64,000 nucleotides of DNA, from the NCBI GenBank assembly GCA_038249055.1, contig JBBRWS010000005.1:1822-65821 (forward strand), read 5' to 3'. Position numbers and translations under genes: made by a program. Shown piece by piece: positions 16,394 to 23,870 of this stretch. The DNA is from Minisyncoccia bacterium (lineage in GTDB: Bacteria > Patescibacteriota > Minisyncoccia > Phycocordibacterales > UBA9973). The notes below the pieces were generated by a model. That model saw nothing but the letters and a program-made list of their open reading frames with translations. It had not been told where the DNA came from and did not search any database. How positions within the stretch are numbered: position 1 is the stretch's first letter; every line of letters starts with the position of its first letter.

Positions 16394-17875
16394 TTAATTA
16401 AAAGCAGAACCGCAATATCTTTTATCACCAAGCCAAGCACTTTTATTTGCTGTGTATAAACTTTTTGCAATCTCTAAGTTTTTAGTTGAATCTAGTAGTA
16501 TATTTTTACATTTTTCATATAATGCTTCTTTTCCTGGTAGTAAAGAACAACTAAAACCATTATTATATTTTGGCTCTATTGCATCTTTTCCGGCTACTTT
16601 TTTATCAAACAAACCTACACATTCACTTCCCGCAAGTATACCATTTGCAGATAAATTTATTTGAAATAAACCAAAAGAAAAAGGTGTTTTACCTGGATTG
16701 CAAACATCGGTTCCACTGATTGCGTTTGTTCCACTACTTTCCATATTACAAATTTTTGACATTGCTACTGCATCATTCGGAAAATATTTAGTTAAATTTT
16801 GAACGGTGCAAGGAGAGCTAGGAGTTGTAACTGGTGTGCAGCGAATACTTTCACCATTTGAATTTTTGGGATCAGCAATACCTCTATCGTATAAAGGTTC
16901 GATACTCGCATTAACTGATTTAATGTTTATACCACCCTTCCCTAACAAGTCAGGGTTTATAGTATTTAACAAAGCGTAAGAACCAAGAGCAATTAATAAA
17001 CCTAAAATTGCCGAAGTAATTCTACTCTTGGCCTCAGTTTTTCCAAAAATAGATTCATCTCCCATATATTGAACTCCACCAATAACAATCATAATGACAG
17101 CAAGAACTCCACAAAGACCGATGGCCATTAAAAATATAGTATTAAAATATTCACCTATATTTTCAGGTGCAGTAGTTAATTTTCCTATAGGTGCTAGGAG
17201 TTTATATACCGCCGGTGTTTTGTTTGAAATATCTGTTTTAGGTGTTACAACAAAAGGTTTATCGTCTGTTCCAAGAGGTAAAATTTCTAAAAATTTTCCA
17301 TCCTCCAAGCAAGTTGCACCGTCACATTCGTAATATAGATTACCACTGGGTTTATTTAATGACTGATAAACAACACTACCATCTTTGTATAATTTAAAAT
17401 ATAAATTACAATCAAAACCTGGTCCATGTTCGCACACCTCTTCACCCAGTTGAATATGTATTGCAGAGTTGTCTGTTGGAAGTTTAATGTTTTGTTCATA
17501 TAAACCAGAATCAGTTAGAGGGTCATCAAAAGCCAGACCATCAGTTTCATAAACACTAAAAGAGATATCTGGGTAATTAATACAATCTTTTGTCTTAATT
17601 ATAATATCAGCAGTAGTTGTTCCTTCTTTAAAAAATCCATCTGGTTGTTCACCATACGGATCCCACCCAGCTGAATTAATAGTACAATCGGCTGCAGAAA
17701 CAAGGTTTTTTTGAAAAGATAAGTTATTAAAACCACTTAAGACGATATTAAAAGGTAATAAAATATTAAATATTAAAAAAACTATTAATATATAAAATGA
17801 TGTTTTTTTCATCACATTAGAAACTAATGATAATGAATTATTTTTTACTATTATATTTTTTTTATTAATTTTCAT
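16394..17875 (-). CDS. T4SS-associated cell-wall hydrolase candidate: membrane protein with C-terminal VirB1/SLT-like lytic transglycosylase domain
   Basis: 493 aa; signal/TM at N-terminus, two central TMs, C-terminal ESSGTNAISGTDV...FSFGLFQINLS matching the SLT catalytic Glu and GLxQ motif. Confidence 0.5.
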   Translation of the reverse strand: MKINKKNIIVKNNSLSLVSNVMKKTSFYILIVFLIFNILLPFNIVLSGFNNLSFQKNLVSAADCTINSAGWDPYGEQPDGFFKEGTTTADIIIKTKDCINYPDISFSVYETDGLAFDDPLTDSGLYEQNIKLPTDNSAIHIQLGEEVCEHGPGFDCNLYFKLYKDGSVVYQSLNKPSGNLYYECDGATCLEDGKFLEILPLGTDDKPFVVTPKTDISNKTPAVYKLLAPIGKLTTAPENIGEYFNTIFLMAIGLCGVLAVIMIVIGGVQYMGDESIFGKTEAKSRITSAILGLLIALGSYALLNTINPDLLGKGGINIKSVNASIEPLYDRGIADPKNSNGESIRCTPVTTPSSPCTVQNLTKYFPNDAVAMSKICNMESSGTNAISGTDVCNPGKTPFSFGLFQINLSANGILAGSECVGLFDKKVAGKDAIEPKYNNGFSCSLLPGKEALYEKCKNILLDSTKNLEIAKSLYTANKSAWLGDKRYCGSAFN

Positions 17876-17907
17876 ATTTTTTACTATAGTTTCTAACTAG
17901 ACAGATA

Positions 17908-18939
17908 TTACAAATTTATTTTTAATTGATTACTAGCTTTTTGGAATAATTCATTCATGTTTTCCATTGTAAAATTTATAGTCGCATATCCTCCACGTGA
18001 AGCCGGTCTAATGGTTAATTCGTTTCTTTTTGAAGGAGTTAATATATCTTCACTGTTTATTTTCCAATTATAACTAAAATCAGATTCATTTCCTTTTGTT
18101 GAAAAAAAATAAGGTTCAGCAACTACGGTCATTTCATCCTCATTCATAACAGTTTCTTTGTCAAGGGCATTATTATATAATATTCCCTCCGTTGGTGATT
18201 TTTTGTAAAATATTACAGTTGGTTTATACATAGGTATTTCTATTGTATTTTCTGATCCATAATTTCCACCAACAGCAGAAGCAGTTACTGATATTTGACT
18301 TTTTTCATCAAAAATACTATTTTTAAAAACATAAGAATTTTTACCATAACCAGAGGCATCTAGGTTGGTTTGACTATTATTTTTCCAAGTATATGAAATA
18401 TTTCCACTTCCAGATTTTATGCTATTAGTGTTAGGTATTGCTACTGCTCTAACAAGATCACCCATAATCGGTAAGGCTTTACCTTTGTAAAATGGAGGTG
18501 TATATCCATTAATAGATTCCCACATTATTTCAACTTCCGAAGGAATTATAATAATTTTTTTTGTTATTGTATTTAAAGACCCCACTAGCCTAATACTTAT
18601 ATTTATAATACTTGTAACATCTGGACCTTGTGCTTTAAAGGTATAGCTTTTTTTACCGATACCAGAAAGACTTGTAGTAGAGTCGGTTTGCCATGTTATT
18701 ATGGCTTTATTCAAATCAGTTGCGTAACTAGATAGAGTGATTGTCACATCTTGATATGGTTGCGGATTATTTGGAACTGTTTCAACATTAATTTCACCTT
18801 CTTGTACTTCTATTTGTGTCTCCGCAAAAGAAAAACCGGGCATATTTATTATTCCTAGAATAAAAAACCCAATAAGAAAAAATTTTATTTTTATAAATTT
18901 CACTATGTATATTATATAATAATCTTGTAAACCAAACAA
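17908..18939 (-). CDS. Secreted beta-rich protein with N-terminal membrane anchor (possible VirB8/TcpC-like channel component)
   Basis: 343 aa; N-terminal TM then soluble domain; assignment by position and topology only. Confidence 0.3.
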   Translation of the reverse strand: MFGLQDYYIIYIVKFIKIKFFLIGFFILGIINMPGFSFAETQIEVQEGEINVETVPNNPQPYQDVTITLSSYATDLNKAIITWQTDSTTSLSGIGKKSYTFKAQGPDVTSIINISIRLVGSLNTITKKIIIIPSEVEIMWESINGYTPPFYKGKALPIMGDLVRAVAIPNTNSIKSGSGNISYTWKNNSQTNLDASGYGKNSYVFKNSIFDEKSQISVTASAVGGNYGSENTIEIPMYKPTVIFYKKSPTEGILYNNALDKETVMNEDEMTVVAEPYFFSTKGNESDFSYNWKINSEDILTPSKRNELTIRPASRGGYATINFTMENMNELFQKASNQLKINL

Positions 18940-18991
18940 CTAAAGAAAGTAATATGTAGAAAGTAGAAAGAATATAAATCTATAATAAATA

Positions 18992-20824
18992 CTATTTATT
19001 ATTTGAAGCCAATAGTTCACTTTTTGCTTTTTTAATAGCAAGAATTTGAGAAGGGTCTGAGGTTATAATCTGGTCTTCTGTATATGAAGCAATTGTCTTT
19101 ATTGCGACGTGTTTTAAACCAGCAAAGAATATACCCTCCCCCACATTTGCTTCAAGTAATAGATATTTTTCTTCGTCGGTAAGATTGAAGGTTTTTTGGA
19201 GAACATCTATGGTTGCTGGCGATTGCTTTAGGAGTAATTGTATAGATGAGTTTGTAACAATAGGAATACCATACGGGCTTTTCATAAAATCCCCTACGTC
19301 TTGAGTAATAGTAGCAAGTCCTAAATAGTATTTTCTTCCACGTTTTGCAATTGAATATAAGAATGAAGCAGTATCTTCTGATTTCATCATCCACCAAGCC
19401 TCATCAACTACAAGTAATCTTTTTTTAATATTTTTACGAATAGCATTCCATATATAATGAGTAATTATATACATAGCAACAGGTTTAAGTTCGTCTTCCA
19501 TGTCTCTCACAGAGAAAACAATAAATTTTCTATTAATATCTACGTTTGATGGCTGGTTTAAGAAAGCAGACCATGAACCATGTGTATATTTAACTAAACG
19601 TTGCATAAGTGATTCACTCCCCTCCATACCAGAAAGAACAACTTCGAAGTCTGATAACATAGGAGGTTCAATATTCATAAAATCTGAATCAGTAGTAATA
19701 TCTTTTAGAGCGTATGTTTCAGTAATAGCCGCATCAATAATAGAATCTTCTTCTGGAGTAAGACCTCCAAGCATTATACGAAACAACCCAACAAGGTTTA
19801 TTGTGTTTGCTCTTAAAACATCTGCCCCTGTTTCTTCTCCTGTAGGTATTGGTAAATCAAATGGATTTATATGGTGGTCTGAAGATAAGGCAATATTAAA
19901 GTATCTACCTCCTACTGCTTCGGCTAAATATTCATATTCACGTTCAGGGTCTATTACAATAACTTCAGTATCAAACATTAGAGTACGAATTATTTCTAAT
20001 TTTGTTGCATAAGATTTACCCGCACCAGCAGTTGCAAAAGTTATAGAGTTATAGTTAGGTAAAGAAAATCTGTCAAAAAGAATTAAGCTGGAGTTGTGGC
20101 GGTTTACTCCATAGAGTATTCCTTTGTCTTCGGTTAGGTCAAAAGAAACAAAAGGAAAAATACTTGAAAGTGGTTCAGTGTTTAATTTTTGGTGTATACC
20201 TAATAGGTCTGTACCTAGAGGTATTACGCTCTTAAAACCCTCATTTTGCTGGAATAAAGCAGGTTTAAGATAAATAAGTTTTGATTCAAGAAGAGATTTT
20301 ATTTCATTCTCAATTTTAAATAAATCGTTATCATTTTCAGCATAAACTGTAATATAAAGTCCTACATCAAACATTTTTTCTTGGGCTTGCATAAGATTAT
20401 CTCTTAAATCTTCAAGATCTCTATATGCAGTATCAAGCATTGGATCACGAACAAGTCCTTTAGATTCACGAATAGAAATCTGACTTTGTACTTCAGCAAC
20501 CTTTTTTTGAAATGATCTTAATATTTCGGCGGTTTCAATTGGGTGTATAAAAATAGAAATATCAAAAACCTTATCCAAATTAACAATAGGAGAAAACCAA
20601 TTGTCACTCAAATATCTAGGATATGATATAACGAAAAAGGTTCTTGCTATTTTATCTCCAAGATTTAGTGATTTGGGTGTGATTTGAAGAGCAGAAGGTG
20701 CAATAATATCTTGAAGTTCAAGAGTTGCAGCTTTATATATTTCACTCGGCAAAACCGGCATAACCATGCTTTTATGGCTAGATAAATCTTTTTTGCCTCC
20801 AAATAATGATGATAATATTGACAT
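18992..20824 (-). CDS. virB4: VirB4/TraC/TrbE-family conjugal-transfer ATPase, ATPase (C-terminal) portion
   Basis: 610 aa; Walker A FATAGAGKSY, Walker B LLVVDEAWWMM (VirB4-type DEAW), conserved C-terminal motifs. Confidence 0.8.
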   Translation of the reverse strand: MSILSSLFGGKKDLSSHKSMVMPVLPSEIYKAATLELQDIIAPSALQITPKSLNLGDKIARTFFVISYPRYLSDNWFSPIVNLDKVFDISIFIHPIETAEILRSFQKKVAEVQSQISIRESKGLVRDPMLDTAYRDLEDLRDNLMQAQEKMFDVGLYITVYAENDNDLFKIENEIKSLLESKLIYLKPALFQQNEGFKSVIPLGTDLLGIHQKLNTEPLSSIFPFVSFDLTEDKGILYGVNRHNSSLILFDRFSLPNYNSITFATAGAGKSYATKLEIIRTLMFDTEVIVIDPEREYEYLAEAVGGRYFNIALSSDHHINPFDLPIPTGEETGADVLRANTINLVGLFRIMLGGLTPEEDSIIDAAITETYALKDITTDSDFMNIEPPMLSDFEVVLSGMEGSESLMQRLVKYTHGSWSAFLNQPSNVDINRKFIVFSVRDMEDELKPVAMYIITHYIWNAIRKNIKKRLLVVDEAWWMMKSEDTASFLYSIAKRGRKYYLGLATITQDVGDFMKSPYGIPIVTNSSIQLLLKQSPATIDVLQKTFNLTDEEKYLLLEANVGEGIFFAGLKHVAIKTIASYTEDQIITSDPSQILAIKKAKSELLASNNK

Positions 20825-21103
20825 CCCGTTAGAGATAGGAAGCGCCTAATCTATTTTTAAGATAACGCTTTCCCATTCCCGATTTTAAATATAATTCTCT
20901 CGACCGAGATTTTTCTTCGCTCTTACATGCTTCATAATAAATAATTTCAAACGGTCCTCTTCCTTTTGCATAAACAGACAGACCATTGTTGTGTTGTAGA
21001 AGGCGTTTCCGTAAATCTTTTGTACTTCCTGTGTATATATTACCATCTTTTTTACTTTTTAATATATAGGTGTAATAAAACATATATAATCTCTAACGGG
21101 ACC
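20822..21103 (-). promoter_or_regulatory. Instance 3 of the inverted-repeat element: 5' arm GGTCCCGTTAGAGAT directly before the GIY-YIG ATG; 3' arm CTATCTCTAACGGG directly before the virB4(C) ATG; the GIY-YIG ORF occupies the loop
   Basis: Perfect 13-nt arm complementarity (TCCCGTTAGAGAT / ATCTCTAACGGGA); TACAAT -10-like hexamer just upstream of the 5' arm. Confidence 0.5.
20829..21083 (-). CDS. GIY-YIG domain-only endonuclease (UPF0213/YhbQ-like)
   Basis: 84 aa; YTYILKSKKDGNIYTGSTKDLRKRLLQHN matches the GIY-x10-YIG / R / E catalytic layout. Confidence 0.7.
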   Translation of the reverse strand: MFYYTYILKSKKDGNIYTGSTKDLRKRLLQHNNGLSVYAKGRGPFEIIYYEACKSEEKSRSRELYLKSGMGKRYLKNRLGASYL

Positions 21104-21108
21104 AGTTA

Positions 21109-21762
21109 TTATTGTATTTTCATTCCCTGGCTAGTATCTCCTGGGTTAAATGTCTTATAAAAAAGTTCGACAACTTGATCTGTTTTAAGTTCAGATGTTC
21201 TTATTCCAACTCTACCGAGACCACTCATAATAACTCCTACTCTTTGGTCGAGTTGTGTTCTTTTTTCTTCAAAAGAAGCCAAATCCATAGCCTTCTTCGT
21301 ATCCTCTACTTGTTTTTTAGGAGCACTTCCACCAAGGAAACCCTCCATTATTTTATTGCCGGATTTTATTACAGTAGGACTATATGGAACAACAATAAAG
21401 AATGTTTTTGTCATTATGTTTACTTCGTCTGTAAAAGATTTAATAAAATCTATATATTCTTTGGTCTGAATTTTCAAAAGAGGCTCTGCTTGTTCTTTTA
21501 GTCTAACTTCTAGAGTAAGAAGATATGGTCGTATATCTAATCTGCGGGATTGCATACATATTTGAGTAGGAAAATCTAAGCCGTTTATAAAATTTTGGAA
21601 TTCATGTATGATGGCAGCTTGTTCGTCGGATGATTTTAAGGAAAGGTTTAAGGAAGATGCCAATAAAACAGCACGAAGACTACCATCTTTTAAAACAATG
21701 ATACCATTTCGAACTTCTTTTATTGGGACAAACTCTTGTGAACTCTTTGCGCTAATAGCCAT
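21109..21762 (-). CDS. VirB4/TrbE N-terminal domain protein (CagE_TrbE_VirB-like), separate ORF upstream of the ATPase portion
   Basis: 217 aa; IVLKDGSLRAVLLASSLNLSLKSSDEQAAIIHEFQNFINGL resembles the VirB4 N-terminal region (hydrophobic-KDGS-hydrophobic, EE..-rich second block). Confidence 0.5.
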   Translation of the reverse strand: MAISAKSSQEFVPIKEVRNGIIVLKDGSLRAVLLASSLNLSLKSSDEQAAIIHEFQNFINGLDFPTQICMQSRRLDIRPYLLTLEVRLKEQAEPLLKIQTKEYIDFIKSFTDEVNIMTKTFFIVVPYSPTVIKSGNKIMEGFLGGSAPKKQVEDTKKAMDLASFEEKRTQLDQRVGVIMSGLGRVGIRTSELKTDQVVELFYKTFNPGDTSQGMKIQ

Positions 21763-21874
21763 AAATATAATTAACCCATAGGGTGATTCTGTTGAATCAT
21801 AATTAACAATTACTAATTAAAAACAAAATAAGAACTTACTACAAACATTGTATCATAATATTATTAATTCTAAA

Positions 21875-22294
21875 TTATTTACTCCCCTCATCTTTTCCCT
21901 GCACGTCTAAACTCCAAGAAAGATCCTTGATTTTATTAGTTGTTGTCATTGGTACAATAGATACCAACGGCGCAGTCTGTGAATCTTCCTCTTTTTCTTT
22001 GTCACCCGGTTTTACTAGTCTTTGTTTCCATATATATAATTTACTGGACATAAGATAATTAATGCCAGCCTCAAGATAAAAGATAAAAGGTTTTTCATTA
22101 ATTTTATAAAAAACCAGAAGAAAAGATAAAGTTCCTACTATTAGAATCGGAATAAGTCCAAGCCAAAAACCAAGAATTTTATATATAACAAATATTATTC
22201 CTCCCCCACCTAAAAGATATATAAATTGACGAAAAGAAAATGGGCCAAACAGCTTATCTTCGACGTCAATAAATTGTGGAACTTTAAATTGCAT
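21875..22294 (-). CDS. Small two-TM membrane protein, VirB3/PrgI-like candidate
   Basis: 139 aa; hairpin of two TMs at residues about 25-75; directly upstream of the VirB4 N-terminal ORF as in Gram-positive T4SS operons. Confidence 0.35.
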   Translation of the reverse strand: MQFKVPQFIDVEDKLFGPFSFRQFIYLLGGGGIIFVIYKILGFWLGLIPILIVGTLSFLLVFYKINEKPFIFYLEAGINYLMSSKLYIWKQRLVKPGDKEKEEDSQTAPLVSIVPMTTTNKIKDLSWSLDVQGKDEGSK

Positions 22295-22338
22295 AATTAT
22301 TTTTTTATTTCAATAACACTTCCTACTTCCTACTTATC

Positions 22339-23394
22339 CTAAAACGCTTCTCGATATGGGTCGTGTGATTTTAGAGGCTGTTTTAATTTATCTCCTGTGT
22401 CATTTGCAGAAGGGGTCGTCATTTTTGTGGCAGTATAATCAGATACTGTGTGATCACTCATGGTCACACTTTTTAATTTCTCTTCCAAAATACTCATTGG
22501 AATATCTTTTGGCATACTATCTATACCGGGAGTAGTTTCGATTTTTTTTATTGGCCAAGAATCTTTTAATTCATCTTTTGTGGTGAGAGGTAATTCTATC
22601 CCTTCTGTTTCCATATTGGTTTGCTTGGTTTTTTCTTCAATTTCTGGAGCACTGCTTATTTTAGCTTCTTTTTTTGCATAAGGAGGAAGAGGTACATCTT
22701 CTCCACTTTCAACTTCTAGTGGTGCACTTTTTGTTATCTCATCTCCTTTATGTAACATTAAATCTCTAATATTTTTTAAAATATTTTCATTTACATCTTT
22801 TACAAGATTTGTAAGATTTTCTTTTGAAAGGACTATTTTAGAGTTTATACCACCTTCATATTCATCTGGGTGTATTTTATTTTGAATTAAACTAACCGTA
22901 AGGTCCTCCAAAATACCCTGCTGTTCAATATTGAGTTTATATTCTTTTGATATTTCGTAAAGTTTAATTCTCCAATCAGAGATGGCTATTGCTTCTTGAA
23001 TATCTTTTGGCATGCTAATAAAACGAGGGTCAAGAATTAATGGCTTGTTAACAAAGACTACTTTTTCTTTTTCAAAAATCTTTTTTTCTAACCCTGATTG
23101 TATTTTTTTGAAGATTTGCCTATCTAATTCATTTAATAGGTCAGACACTTCATTTTTTGATAACAATAATCTTTTTTCCAGTTCACTCTCATACTCATCA
23201 GGGTTTAAAATTCCGCAAAGAAGAAGCTCTGTTTCTGTTGTTAGGTTGTCAATTTGTTCGACTGTATATTTATCGTTCATCCCTTCTATAACATATTTCC
23301 AATTTACAGCATCAATAGCCTCCTTGCTTTCTTTTGTAAGTAGTTTTTTTGCTTCATCTATTTTAATTTGTAATATGTCTGTTGTGTAATCCAT
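22339..23394 (-). CDS. Hypothetical acidic coiled-coil protein (paralogous N-terminal domain shared with 23409..23861)
   Basis: 351 aa; N-terminal approx. 100 aa align with the neighbouring ORF (ILQxKI, AIxxVxW, IxxLxxETxLxLxGxxN). Confidence 0.45.
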   Translation of the reverse strand: MDYTTDILQIKIDEAKKLLTKESKEAIDAVNWKYVIEGMNDKYTVEQIDNLTTETELLLCGILNPDEYESELEKRLLLSKNEVSDLLNELDRQIFKKIQSGLEKKIFEKEKVVFVNKPLILDPRFISMPKDIQEAIAISDWRIKLYEISKEYKLNIEQQGILEDLTVSLIQNKIHPDEYEGGINSKIVLSKENLTNLVKDVNENILKNIRDLMLHKGDEITKSAPLEVESGEDVPLPPYAKKEAKISSAPEIEEKTKQTNMETEGIELPLTTKDELKDSWPIKKIETTPGIDSMPKDIPMSILEEKLKSVTMSDHTVSDYTATKMTTPSANDTGDKLKQPLKSHDPYREAF

Positions 23395-23408
23395 TTTTTT
23401 ATTTTTGT

Positions 23409-23861
23409 TTATAAACGATTATTTAAAGACGGAAGTTTAATATTTGTATTATTTTCTTCGTTTAAAAAAGCTGAATAATCTCCACCCGAAATAATAAAAT
23501 TTATTGTTTGCTTCCAATTTAATTGTTTGCTTCCTAAATTATTTCTTATATCGTCTTCAATTTTTATTGCTACTGGTTTAAATATTTTTTCAGTAATTTC
23601 ATCCGTTATTTTTTTGAGATCATCCTCTTTTAATTGAATCTCGTTTTGAATATTAAAAGAAAAATTATTTAAATTAACTAAACCCGTTAAAATTAATCCT
23701 GTTTCTACTTGTAATCTTTCTATCTCTTCATCAATAAGTCCAAATTTTATTCCAACCTCTTCAGTTTTTTTAACCCAGTCAACAGAATTAATAGCATCCC
23801 GATTTATTTTTGGAAGCTTTAATATTTCATCTTTAATTTTTTGTTGTAATATTTCTGTCAT
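23409..23861 (-). CDS. Hypothetical protein, paralog of the N-terminal domain of 22339..23394
   Basis: 150 aa; see alignment above. Confidence 0.45.
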   Translation of the reverse strand: MTEILQQKIKDEILKLPKINRDAINSVDWVKKTEEVGIKFGLIDEEIERLQVETGLILTGLVNLNNFSFNIQNEIQLKEDDLKKITDEITEKIFKPVAIKIEDDIRNNLGSKQLNWKQTINFIISGGDYSAFLNEENNTNIKLPSLNNRL

Positions 23862-23870
23862 AAATTTATA

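Noticed and set aside
19500-20012. 170-aa plus-strand ORF and other 60-175-aa antisense ORFs inside virB4, dnaA, PBP1A, the VirB6-like gene etc. (e.g. 8484..9008, 10519..10953, 23012..23389, 25189..25458)
   Set aside because: They are fully embedded antisense to strongly supported genes and have low-complexity translations and no motifs; typical AT-rich shadow ORFs.
20829-21083. GIY-YIG ORF as the endonuclease of a group I intron splitting virB4
   Set aside because: The upstream ORF ends in a genuine stop and the putative exon junction would not be in frame at a U|..G| splice pair. No P-element or guide-like pairing is seen. The protein is the domain-only YhbQ type, not a homing endonuclease with a DNA-binding domain.
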